Assembly: GCF_009834535.1 (NCBI RefSeq)
Contig: NC_045697.1
Location: forward strand, 2,234,001 to 2,298,000
Length of the DNA: 64,000 nt
From: Camelus ferus
Taxonomy: Eukaryota
Direction of reading: 5' to 3'
This document shows, piece by piece, positions 1 through 11,614 of this stretch. Positions within the stretch are counted from its first letter, which is position 1, and each line of letters opens with the position of its first letter. A model generated the notes under the pieces. The model was not told where the DNA came from. It did no database searches and was given only the letters and a program-made list of their open reading frames with translations. Position numbers and translations under genes: made by a program.

Positions 1-1168
1 TCGACCCTGTGACAAAGGGCCCTGTCCTGCAGGTGATGGCAGGCGACACTCACAGATCCCTTCCATGGCTCCGGTCTGGCCGACTGGCCCCACGCTCTCT
101 GGAGAAAGAGACACGGCTGTGGATCTCAGGGGATAAGCCTGGGCTCAGAGGGTGCAGCAGCTTCCCCAGCGAGGCCCATCCTCAAACTTACCAGCCTTTT
201 GGCCCCAGGCCTTTGCACATGCTGTGCCCTCTGACTGTGACCCTTTCCCCTCAGCTCTTTGCTTGACTGATGCCCTCCCTGACCACTGCAGCCTTACTCC
301 TTGACAAGACAGTGGCTGCCAAACTCTCCAATTCCCTGTCAGAAAGATCCAGAATCCTGGAATCCTGTGAGAGCATCAGGCTCACAGACACTCAGAGCTG
401 AGTGGGACCTTTCAGACCTCACTGTGCCCTGGACCCTCCGGCCTGTCTGCTGGGTGGCCGCGTGGCTTCGACTTGTCCTCTTCCGGGGACAGGGAGCTCA
501 CCATCTCGTGGGGCAGCGGGTCCCAGTGGCCACTCGCTCTGCTGGGCCTCTGTTTCCCTGCAGCTCGCCCTCCCTGCCCCCCCCCCCCCCCAGCGCTGAG
601 CCCCTCAGTTCCCTCTGCGCCGCTGATCCCACGGAACTGTCTGCTCTCTTGCCTGGTTATTATCAGTATCTGGCTGCCTTTAATGTCCCCTGGGTCCCCA
701 ACTCCCCTAAGACAGAGCCCTGTGCAGGCCAGACAGCCTCGAGGGACCCACGTCAGTCTATTTGCGGCAGGAAAGGTTAGCTGGCTCTTGGGAAATGTCA
801 CAGGACAAGTGAGAGCTGGCCAGAAGCGAGGCCAGTGATGCTCTGTCACTTTCCAAGTCTCCTTCCTTAATCCGTCAAGGAGGAAAACAAGCAGTGACGA
901 GTTTCCCAGGGCAGCCACCAGCGAGCAGCGTGTCCTCTCCCCGTCTGAGCTTGTCCCGGGAGGACGGGTCTGGCCGGCGGCTGCTGGCCCTGGCCCCAGT
1001 GGCCAGGGCCGGGTCCTGGGGTGTGACTCCCAGGCACGCGGGCTTGGCTGGAGGACTGGAGTCGGCACGGCTAATTCAATTCATCTGCTCCAGGACACGG
1101 AGCGGACGGGAAAAGAGCCCGGAGTGGGGCGGACGCTCACTCTGAGTCAGAAAGCGAGTCTGTGGGGG

Positions 1169-1170
<2 letters not shown>

Positions 1171-1240
<70 letters not shown>
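1171..1240. repeat. (GA)35 perfect microsatellite
   Basis: Uninterrupted GA run following a G tract; source of the RERERE ORF. Confidence 0.98.
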
Positions 1241-1245
<5 letters not shown>

Positions 1246-1289
1246 CGGGGGGTACCAGTCGTCTGAACTAGAAACTTCTGTTTACTCCA

Positions 1290-1745
1290 TCACCATCTGC
1301 TGCCCACCCAGCCGTCCTCTGTCTGTCTATTCACCCACTCACCCATCCAGCACCCATCCCTGAATCCACCTACTCACTCACCCATTCACCCACAAACCAG
1401 CTTGTTTCCTCCTATATGTCCCCAAATTCACCTCTCCACCCATCCACCCCCCATCCATTGTCTTACCCACCCCACCTAACACACCACCCAGCCACCTTCT
1501 CAACCTACTACCCGTCCATCCACACACCCATTGACCTCTCCTCCATGCATATCCCGTTACCCATCACCCATACGTCACCCCCTGCACTCCCACCCACTTC
1601 CCCCCTCACCCATTCACCCACCCACCTGCCCTACTACCTAGTTACCACCACATGCAGGAAAATTCTCTCCACTCACTTATGTACCTACTCTTACATCCAC
1701 TCACCAACTGTGGTCTAGCCATCACCCACCCACCCACCCACCCAT
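1290..1745. repeat. Degenerate (CCAT/CCAC)n low-complexity tract
   Basis: Repeated ccatcc/cccacc/cactca units. Confidence 0.85.
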
Positions 1746-2019
1746 TCATCTGAACAACACACACCAGTGGTATGCTCTTCGAAGGCTTGTCCACAGACTC
1801 CAGCTCAGCTTTGGGATTTGCAGCATCCAGTGAGTGTCATTTTAGCCCCTGGAAGGTGTGGTCTCACCAGGAAGACTGCCAGTCAAAGTCACGTTCACGG
1901 AGGGATTGATAAATGCAAAATCCAAAAGCACTCCGGGGTGGGGTGTGCAGAGAGGATGGGGAGGGGATCTTTACGGGGGCAAGGGCTGATGGGCCAAACT
2001 CTAAGTTCTGAAGTCCCTG

Positions 2020-2820
2020 GAATAAAACATAAATAAATCTCTGTGACTCCCATCAGCATGACGGAAAATCTCAGTGTCCTTGAAATAACCAAGAGATTTG
2101 AGGAGCTGGTATTTTGCAGCCTCAGATAAACAAGACACCGCCTCTACATCTCTTGGTTGTTTCCTTAGTGAATAAACATGTTTGAACCCCCAGGCATATT
2201 TATAATTAAGTATAGAAATATTTAATGGTACCAACTCCACAGAATTGAGGCTTGTGTGTGACAGATCTGGGCATCTTTGGCATTGTGAGCATTTGCGATG
2301 TTTAAAAGAATTTGGGCTATCAGAATGACGTCAACCTTTTAATTCAAATTTAAAATATATACTTAATTACTTGAATTGGACTTACGATTTTACCTTGAAA
2401 TCCATAAAGTTTATATCACACAGCGTTGGAACATTTGACAGAATCCGAGATTCGTCACGTTAGGAAGTTACCTTTCTAGGTGTATCAGAATTACTTAACA
2501 TATTGGGGAGGTTTATCACATAAAATAAAGTACATCAAGTTGTCAGTGTAATACACTTCTGAAGGTGTTTTATTAAGTTTGAAACTGGGACCTAATGTTA
2601 ATCAAAACCCCTTTAAAAATAATCTCAAAATTTGTTAGGCTTGAAAGTATTATGATAAGACTTGTAGACTGAATTAGTGGTTTAAAGGGGAAAAAGCCCT
2701 AGGTTTCTGGTTTTGTAACATTAATAAATGAAAATTTAATTATTAAAAAACTGATTTCTGAATAATCTTTTCTAAGCATAAAAAGTCAGCTCGAGGACGT
2801 AAAAACAATCTCACTTTAAC
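2020..2820. mobile_element. AT-rich insert, possibly a non-coding internal ERV1 (MER4-group -int-like) fragment
   Basis: Abrupt AT-rich block in GC-rich flanks with no credible protein-coding ORF; family guessed from composition only. Confidence 0.35.
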
Positions 2821-3108
2821 ACCACACACCCACTCATCCTTCCATCCATCCATCTACTCACTCACCCTTCATCCTGCCTTCTTGCTATCCTCTTCTCCTG
2901 CCCAGCCATCCTCCAGTCCTCTCACTTACTCGTTCTCTTATTCAGCTACCCATCCATCCATCATCAATCCATCCATCCATCCTCCAGCCACCCACCCAGC
3001 CATCCACCAACCCATCCACATCTATCCACCCATCATCCATCCATCACCCATCCATCCATCTACTCATCCGTCTACCTATCTATTCATCCACCCATCTATC
3101 CTCCCATC
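2821..3108. repeat. Degenerate (CCAT)n tract
   Basis: Repeated ccatccatc units. Confidence 0.88.
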
Positions 3109-4744
3109 TGATAAATATTCGCTAAAGGGTCTAGTAGGCAGGAGGCTTAGGACAAATACCCGCAAGTAAAGGGAGGCTGCAGCTGGAAAAACAGAGCGTT
3201 TATGGCATCTCAGCACTGGGAGGCCCTGGCCCCGACCTCCCTCTGCCCTTTCCCTTCGTTGTACCATCTTGCTCCCACAACGTCTAGGATCATGGTTGTG
3301 GTAGTAGGTGTGTGGGTCCTGGCACCAGTGGTCCCAATTCAAACCCCAGCTTCTCCTTGCTGTTGTCAGAGGAGTTTATTGAAAGGACCATCGGCATTGT
3401 AGGATAATAATGAGGGTTCCTGGGGTCCACGTGTGCGGGGCTGTGCCAGCCCTCAGTCAGAGTTGCCCCTGTGGGGACTGCAGCCAGGCGCCCTGCTGGA
3501 CACTGCCTGCCCGACACGTGTGCTCACTTATGGGCTGGGTGGTTTGTGGGGGGATGGACGCAGATAAACGGACCATTGCAGCCATCACTGGAGCTAAGAA
3601 GGCGTGAATACAGGGGCTGTGGAAGAAAAGAGGTGGCTTTCCGTGGGGGACAGTCCCTGTGATGTCAAAAGGAATCCAATCAAGCTTCCTCAGAACCCCC
3701 TCCACGGCAGCCCCCTGCCCTGCACCTGAGCCAGGTCTGGGCTGCAGGGACAAGGACCTGGCCTGGGGACCTGGCTAGACAGAACGGTCCCCGCAGTCTC
3801 TCCTGGGATGCCGCATGCAGAGAAACAGGCCAGCCCGTGCAGCGGGGACACTGGTCTGTTTGCTCTGTGTGGTGACATGGTGACGGCTGTGCCCCATCCT
3901 AGGGGGTCAGATGGGAGGATCCATGGGAGGCACGGCCGCGAGGGGTTAATCATTCGCTCGTTCGTTCATTTGTTTGTTCTTTCTGCAGACTTTTCTAGGC
4001 CCTCTCTTGTCTCTTGGGGAGATTGGAGCTGCCCTGGGTCACATGGCCAGAGGAGGGGTCAGAACCAGTGCTGGATGCTCCCCCCACCGGCAGCCCCCCC
4101 ACTTCAGGTGGCTCTGTCCTCGGCACTCTGACCTCTCAGACCTCTGGGGACAGGCCAGGACACTGAAGGAGGCCGCTCCTGCTCCTGGGGACCTGGAGGT
4201 AAGTTGGGAGTACAGGAGAAAGGAGAGGGAGGGTTCCCTGCAGCCCGCCTGTGGCCCCCACGCCCCCCTCTCCAGCTGTGGGTCCTCGTGTGCGGAACGT
4301 TCATGTTCCTTACCTCCCGTGCGGGTTTGAGTGGACCGGTCAAGCGACCAGCGGTGGCGGCAGCTCCCACGTAATCCCATCTTTCCTTTTCTCTTCCCTG
4401 CCACCTGATTTCGGAGTGTTGGTGGCGCGGTCCCATCCCACCCGGTTACCGGGTGTTGGGCGAGGACTCCATGTGCTCTCATGCACTCAGTGCGGTCTGC
4501 TTCCCCCCCGGGAGGACAGGTCATCGCTGTCACGTGGCTGCACGAGAGTGGGCTGGAGCTCGGTGGTGGTGGTGGTGGCTGAGACTGGGCGGTAAGGTGG
4601 GGAGGGAGGAGGGGGAGGGGAGGGGGGAGGAAAGAAGGAGGGACAGAGACCGGGCCCCATCCTCAGGTTGGGGTCAGGGACAGAATCCTGTTGACCCCAG
4701 GTCCTGACCCAACTCGCTGCAGCCAGGAGTAAGTCCTTTGTGAG

Positions 4745-4945
4745 TCAGTGGGCTGGGTGTGTGTGTGCATGTGTGTGAGTGCGTGTGAGTGCATGTATGA
4801 GAGTGTTGTGAGTGTGTATGAGTGCGTGAGTCCGTGTGAGTGTGTGAGTCCTTGTGTGTGATTGTGAGTACGCGTGTATGTATGTGAGAGTGTGTGTGAG
4901 TGTGTATGAGTGCGTGAGTGCGTGTGTGTGCGTGTGTGCACGAGT
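4745..4945. repeat. Degenerate (TG)n/(TGAG)n microsatellite
   Basis: tgtgtgagtg-type units; source of the HTHT ORFs. Confidence 0.9.
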
Positions 4946-6510
4946 CGGGGAGGTGGGGCCCGCAGCGTGGAGGCAGGCGCTTCTGGGTTTGAGTACTGGC
5001 TCGTACCTTTCCAAGGTGAACTTGGAGTGACCTTGGGGGAACGTCTTTGCTGCTCCCAGGAGATGCTGGTCTCCCTCCTGGGGGTGCTGTCGTCATCTCT
5101 TGGGGTCAAGTCCACTACCTCGGGCCACCGGGCTGGGGAGGCCTCCAGCAGACGGTGGTGCTTCCTCCCTGTCCTGGGTGCCTGTGGGTGAAGAGCGGAC
5201 CAGGAAGGGAACTCCAGGATAAGAGGTCCATCAGATCAGGGCTCCGGCCACACCTTGGAGGAGGAGGATGCCCTGCCTGGGGTCCTTCCTCCATCTCCCT
5301 TAAGACAAGGTGCCAGAGAGGGGCCTGACCAGAGACGGGTGGGGCCCCTTCCTGTCTGGGGCAGCGTTCAGCCAAGGTCTCTAGCTGACTTAGGGCTGAC
5401 TGGGGTTCACCCTGCGGGCCGAGGCTTCAGAAGGGATGAGGCGCCGCAAAGGTGCCCCTCAGCCCCCGGGCTTCCAGACTCATGGCAGCTGCCGCCTGCC
5501 CTGGCTGGGCTGGCCCACTGGTCCAGCTGCCCCTGTGTACCTGGACGGTCAGGGCGGGGGCTGTCCAGTCCCTCAGTCCACTGGCAGAGAGGGAAACTCA
5601 CAGTGCGCATTGATTTTGCTTTATTACCATGAAGTGCATCACAGACGCACAACAACAGGTCCCTTTCCTCAGCTTCCTGGGCGCCCCCTTCTGCTTTGGG
5701 ACCCTTAACCCCAATTTTGTGACAGCTGGTTCTGGCTGGTCCCTACACTTCAGCCAGCACAAGCGTACGTCTGCTTGTCCGTGTTTGAATTTGCTGTAAG
5801 TTGGGCCACGTCATAGGAACCCTTTGTGACTTGCTTCTGTCAGGCTGGTGTGTGCCCCTGCGGTTCCCTGTGGTCGCAGAACGTGCTCTGCGGACGCCCT
5901 TGCCACCCTGAACACAATACGGACATGGAGAACATCGTATTCCAGTGCCCACGCCATGAACACTCGTTTACTGAAACACCCAGAAGGGACCTGCTTTGTC
6001 CATCGTTCTCACTCCTTCAACTTTCCTGGATCTGCTGTCTGGTTGCTGGAGGGCTGCCCCGTTCTCTGGGGACCAGACCATGGCTCGAGATCCCAGCCAC
6101 CCTTGGTTCTGTCCAATCTCAAGATTTTTGACAACCGAGTGAATATCAACCAGGATTTACTGTGGTTTAATTTGCATTTCCTTACGTGCTCATGAAGGCT
6201 GCATCTTTGCTTGTGTTCATTTGCCCTTTGAATTTCTTTTTTTGTGTGTGAAGCACATGTTCAAATACCGTGTCCGTTAGAAAAATTTTTTGGTCTTTCC
6301 CTTAGAGAATAGTTGAGTTCTCCACGTATTTCCTAATGAGTCTTTGCCAGTCATTTGTGTTTCAAACATCTTCTCCCAGTGTGGCCTGTCTTTTCATTTT
6401 CTGTGTGGTGTCTGGTGGATAGAAAGAAGTACTAAATTTTAATGTAGCCCAATTAATTCTTTGTTCTTTTTAGAGTTTGTGCCCTTTGTGTCTTGCTTAA
6501 GAGATTTCTA

Positions 6511-6735
6511 GCTTGAGATACACAGATACGATCTACTATGTATAAAATAGATAAAGAAGAAGGTCCTACCGTATAGCACAGGGAACTATATTCAATATAC
6601 TGTAGTAACTTAAAATGAGGAGTGTGTGCGTGTATGTGTGTGACTGAAACATGGTGCTGTACACCGGAAATTGACACAACATTGTAAACTGACTGTACTT
6701 CAATAAAAAAGAACACAAATTAAAAAAAGAAGAAG
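6511..6735 (+). mobile_element. 5'-truncated artiodactyl/camelid-type L1 3' end
   Basis: tataaaatagataaa...tatagcacagggaactatattcaata...gaaattgacacaacattgtaaactgact, then AATAAA and an A-rich tail. Confidence 0.88.
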
Positions 6736-7313
6736 AGAGAAGTTTCTCCCAGCCCTGGAGTCACCAGACTGTCCCCCCCGTGTCTTTCCGGAAGATCTGT
6801 GAGCTTACCGCCCGCGCTTCAGCCTTTCATCCACCTGGTATCGCTTTTAATTTATGACTTACTCTCTTCCTGGCGTTGATTTTTGTGGACAGTGTGAAAC
6901 AGGCATCCGATTAATATTCTTTCCTCTGTGGATAATCCGGTCTCCACCTGATGGTCAGGAAAGGCCTGGCCTTGCTCCACTGGTCCCCGGGCTTCTCCAG
7001 CAAACGGGCGAGGCTGTGCTCCCCCAGTGCCCACGGAACCCCTGCACCGGCTCCTCGCCGGTGGCTTTATTATAGTTTTAAAGGAAATGTTGGGGTCTGG
7101 TAGGGCAGGCAGGTCCTCCTACCCTGGTATTCCTCACGAGTATCTTGGCTGTTCTTGGCGCTTTGTGATTCCATGGAAATTTTAGAATCAGACTGTCAAG
7201 TTCTGTATGCACACGCACGCACCGTCACACACACGAGACTGGGATTGGCATTGCATCGAGTCTACAGGTCATTTTGTGGGGAAATTGGTATTGTCATAAT
7301 ATCTTGGGGACTT

Positions 7314-7466
7314 AAAATTAATTAAATTAAATTAATTGATTTATTTTGGAGAGGGGAGTAGTTAGGCTTGTTTATTTATTTATTAATGGGGGCACCGGGG
7401 ATTGGCCCCAGGGCCTCGCACGTGCTAAGCACGCGCTCTGCCCCTGAGCTGTACACCCTCTCCCTC
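7314..7466 (-). mobile_element. tRNA-derived SINE (camelid type)
   Basis: Reverse strand reads gggagagggtgtacagctcaggggcagagcgcgtgcttagcacg (A-box-like) with an AT-rich tail; 14-bp TSD tatcttggggactt (7300-7313) / tattttggggactt (7467-7480). Confidence 0.9.
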
Positions 7467-7643
7467 TATTTTGGGGACTTCTTATTAACATACATGTTTG
7501 TTTGAAAAACATACCTGTTTTCTCTCTCCAATCATTTAGGTTTCCTTTAATGACATGCAATTTTCGTTCTGTTTCTCTTTGACATATTTCCTTAGGTTTA
7601 TTCCCAGGGATTTCATGTTTTCAGTATTACTGTAAATGGTCTC

Positions 7644-8390
7644 TGTGATGGTTAATTTTATGTGTCGACTTGCCTGGGCCGCACGCCCGGGTGTCTGGTC
7701 CGGATGTGCCTGCGAGGGCGCTTTTTTTGGGTGAGATTGACATCTTCAGTGGCGGATTTGGGGTGAAGCAGGTTACTCTCCATCATGTGGGGGGACCTCA
7801 TGCAGTCAGTCAGAACGGTCCTCCCCCAGGAAGAGGGCTGTCTGAGCTGCCTTGGGACCTGAACTCCAGCTCCTCCCTGAGTTTCCAGCCTGCTGCCCAC
7901 CCCTGTGACCCTGGACTCACAAACCTCCACCATCGCGTGAGCCGGTCCTTGAAATAAATCATTTGTTATAGGCGATGCCTGACTTACAATGGTTTGACTT
8001 ACGGTTTTTCTGCGTTTGGTTCAGTCCTACCTTGTGATACCGGGCAGCCCCGAGACCGTGGGGTAGCCAACCCAAACACTCACACCTGTTCTGGATTTCA
8101 CCTCCAGCACAGTGCTCAGTAAATTGCACGGGCTAGCCAGCACTCCACTGTGAAACAGGCTTCGCGCGAGGCGCTCCGCCCAGCTGCGGGCCCAAGGGAG
8201 TGCTCTGCGCACCTTTGAGGTGGGCTGGGCGGGGGCCTGTGATGCTCGGTGGGCGAGGCTGCAAAACGCATCTTCAGCTGATGCCTTTTCACTTACAGTG
8301 GGTTTACTGGGACGTGACCTCCTTGTCAGCCAAGGAAGATTTGTACATACACACTTCTTGTCGCTTCTGTTTCCTGGAGAACCTGACACA
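7644..8390 (+). mobile_element. ERVL LTR, MLT2 (MLT2D-like), split by a DNA transposon
   Basis: Starts tgtgatggttaattttatgtgtcgacttg; ends ttctgtttcctggagaacctgacaca. Confidence 0.85.
7969..8343. mobile_element. Tigger4(b)/Zombi-like TcMar non-autonomous DNA transposon
   Basis: Start region gacttacaatggtttgacttacggtttttc, end region acttacagtgggtttactgggacgtgacctccttgtcagccaaggaagatttg; flanked by TA (7967-68, 8344-45). Confidence 0.8.
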
Positions 8391-9100
8391 GCATCTTGTA
8401 AACAATTTCGTTTTCTAAGTGTTGCTGGTAGATCGCAATACAGTAGGTGTTTTTAATTTGCTCCGTATCCAGCAAACCTGCTGGAGCCAAGGTGGCTGTC
8501 ACTGGCCAGCCCCAGGACACCTGCGCTCCAGGTGTGGACTCCCAGCTGAATTTCCAGGCAGAAGCGACCAAGGCTGCATTCTACAGATGTCTGTTTGTCC
8601 CTGGCCTTTGACCCTGAGCCCTGTCTTGGGTGGGGGGGCTTTTCCAGGGCCACAGGGAAGGGATGGCATGAAGAACCACAGAGGTGAGGAGTGGAGGAGG
8701 GGCCTGCATGACTTGGAAAATGAAGAGGAAACGGAGCAAAGTGTCTTTCCAGAGGGACTTCCCAGTCTCAGGACGGCTAGGATCCAGGACAAGGGAGAGG
8801 TGACAGCTGCCCCTGGTGGTGCAGGGAGGGCTCTCCACCCTGCCACCCCTGCTGTCCCCCCTGGGCTTGGAGGTGGGCACCTGGCCGCTGCAGCCTGCCT
8901 CTCCCTGTGTGCGCCAGCTTCCTGCCTGACTCCGGCTCCCGGGTTTCCTCCCACATGGCTTGTCCACAGCGGGGAGAGCCCTGGCCCAGCCCAGGGGAGG
9001 GAACGCCTGGCCTCGCACTGCTTCCCTCGGGCGTTGCTAGTGTGATGCGGTGGCCCCCCTCCCAGGATGCCCTCGGGGTGGGGTTTTGGGGTGCACCAGG

Positions 9101-9344
9101 CTGGTGCGAGCTCTGTGGGTGTCCCCCGCGTACGGGCCCCCTGGTGCGAGCTCTGTGGGTGTCCCCCGCGTACGGGCCCCCTGGTGCGAGCTCTGTGGGT
9201 GTCCTCCGTGTACGGGCCCCCTGGTGCGAGCTCCGAGGGTGTCCCCCGTGTACGGGCCCCCTGGTGCGAGCTCCGAGGGTGTCCCCCGTGTACGGGCCCC
9301 CTGGTGCGAGCTCCGAGGGTGTCCCCCGTGTACGGGCCCCCTGG
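9101..9344. repeat. GC-rich minisatellite, 40-bp unit x ~6.1
   Basis: Head-to-tail copies of ctggtgcgagctc(tgt/cga)gggtgtcc(c/t)ccg(c/t)gtacgggcccc. Confidence 0.98.
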
Positions 9345-9639
9345 CTTTGTTTTCCTAGTTGTTTTGGGAAGAACCCTCCCAGGATACGCCACACGCAGGG
9401 TCCTCCGCGTGTTGGCTCACCCCGCAGACAACTCTGGGCAATGGTGTTCAGCCTGAAATGCTGGCTTTTAACTAGAGCGCTAGTCCACTTGTGTTTAGTG
9501 CATGTCTTGATACATTTGTGTTGGAAGCTTCTATTCTATTTTGCACTTTCTATTTGGCCGCTGATTCTGTATATTTTTCCTTCTTTCTTGCCTTCTTTTA
9601 GTTTATTTTCCCTGGGCTTATTTTTGACGATTTTCAAGC

Positions 9640-9810
9640 AAAGAGAAATTTGAAAGAATAGACAATGAACACTTGTACGCCCTCCAATTAGATTTGTTAA
9701 TATTTTGCCATATATGTGTGTATATATATCTAGACACATACACGTACACACATACACACACTACAACATGTACACACACGTATGTACACGTATACATGGG
9801 TGTGTATGTG
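9640..9810 (-). mobile_element. L1MC4/5-like 3' fragment followed by a TA/CA low-complexity run
   Basis: gaaagaatagacaatgaacac...gttaatattttgcca. Confidence 0.55.
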
Positions 9811-10782
9811 CTAAAGTGCTTTCTAAAGTGCGTTCTGCAGATTTACTCTCCTCCCAGTAGTGCCTAAGCATTCTAGGCATTGCACATCCTTGCCGGCCCT
9901 TGATATTATCCTAGTTTTGAACTTTTGCCCGCCTGGCAGCTGTGAGGTGGCGTCTCGCTGTGGTTTGCCCCTGCATTTCCCTGGTTGGCACGAGGGTGAG
10001 CACCTGGGCTTCCTGCTTTGTGACGAGCCCGTCTGCATGCGGACTGCCAGTTCTCGCTGTTCCATGCTGTTGTCATGCCTGCCTGCCAGCCCTCCCCTCT
10101 CCTAATTTTTAGGGTCTACACTCCTGAGTTCTGGGAAGCAAGATGCAGTGCTGTTTACTGATTTAAGGATGTCACTGGGGGGCCTGAAGGACTCTGCTCT
10201 AGAATTGTGCAGCATGGAAGAATGCTTTACATTGCAAGCAACAGAAACGCAACCTACGTGAATCTGTCAGCTTCCACAACAGACCAAACCCCAGGCGGCA
10301 GCAGCTTAGGGTGGGGTGTGCTCTGGTAGCTCCAGGGTGTCACCAAAGACCCAGTCCTCAGCCTCTGCATGCTGCTTCTGCAGGCGTGGCTTGTCCTGGG
10401 CAGGCTCCCCTCATGCTCTTGTGCGGTTTGCCCACGACTCCTGAGGCTTTGGCTGTTTATTCACGCCCTCTCTGACCTGACCGAGTTGACTTAGACCGCC
10501 TGAGCACCCTTGGACCAGTTTCTCATGTTGGGGGATCAGGGTGGAGTCAGCTTCCCGCAAGCCACGTGGGTCCTCAGACGGAAACCAGAGCAGATGGGCA
10601 GGGGGCGTGGGTGCTGGGGCTCAGCCAGTAAACTCCCACCGTGGCAGACGCGGCCCAGCGTGCCTGGTGCTGGCCGTGGTGCTGGCCGTGGTGGCCGCTG
10701 ACTTCTCGCTCACTTCTGGGCGCGTGCCTGCGCACCAGATGGCTGCGCCTCCTGGAAGTCTGATTTGTGCGTAACTGCAGGA

Positions 10783-11190
10783 TTTTTTCTCAACTATGAA
10801 GATTTTCATAATGGAAGGATACTATGGAAGATTAGCGCCGTGAACACCTGCTTCCTCTTCACCTGGGTTCAACAGTTATCAACATACTGCGTACACGTTC
10901 TTTCTCTCCTTCCCGCCTTTCGTTTTTGGCTGAACATTTCGATGTAAGTTGCAGACATCATGACACTTAACCCTAATAAGGACATTGCCTACAGAACCCC
11001 AGTACCACAATCACACCTAAGAAAATTAACAATCAATCCTCAAATAACATCTATGACCCTGTCCAGATTAAAAGCGTCCAGCATGTCCCCCCAAATCTGT
11101 TTTGTATCTGTTAGTTTGACCCAAGATCCAACCGAGTTCCGTGCATTGCATCCCTTGCTTGTCTCTTTGGTGCCTTTTAACCTGGAAACA
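10783..11190 (-). mobile_element. L1MC4/5-like 3' end
   Basis: gtaagttgcagacatcatgacactt...aataaggacatt...atcacacctaagaaaattaacaat. Confidence 0.75.
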
Positions 11191-11614
11191 TCCCCCCAGG
11201 GGGGAGCTTTTACATTAGAGCCGCAGTTCCTCTACACATTCATTCTGAAGGGCTGGGTCAGCTGCCGTGGGTGAGGGCCACGTCCCGCCCTGGGCCGTTC
11301 CCCTTGGTGGTGTTCAGCGTGTTCCTGTGCCTCTGGTCTTTTCTGTGCATGGGAAGTTAGGTGTGAGTCCTTCACAAGTGAAATTTACCTTTTATTTTCC
11401 ATAAGGGAGGCTGTGTTTCAGTGGGCACGCATGTGAGGATGTTTACCACATTTGTTGTTTTTGTCTTTCCCCTCTGCTTTTCCTGCATTCTGTCTTTTGC
11501 TAGAACATTTAAAGAAATTACTCCACTATGGCTCTTCTATTGACGTATTTAAACCTTTTTAGAAAAACTTTTTAGAGGGTTTCCTTAAGCTTATATGTTT
11601 TTTTCTTCCCATCT

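Larger units (their letters stand above)
5700..7640 (-). mobile_element. Old LINE-1 (L1ME-like) 3' region, interrupted by younger insertions
   Basis: Antisense L1 ORF2/3' motifs such as tgtggtttaatttgcatttcc, aaattttaatgtag and ccatggaaattttagaatcagactgtcaagttct. Confidence 0.75.

Noticed and set aside
9101..9344. CRISPR-like appearance of the 40-bp repeats, and the long ORFs crossing them (e.g. 8499..9392, 8907..9653)
   Set aside because: Units are contiguous with no unique spacers, there are no cas genes and the context is mammalian; the ORFs are repeat read-through
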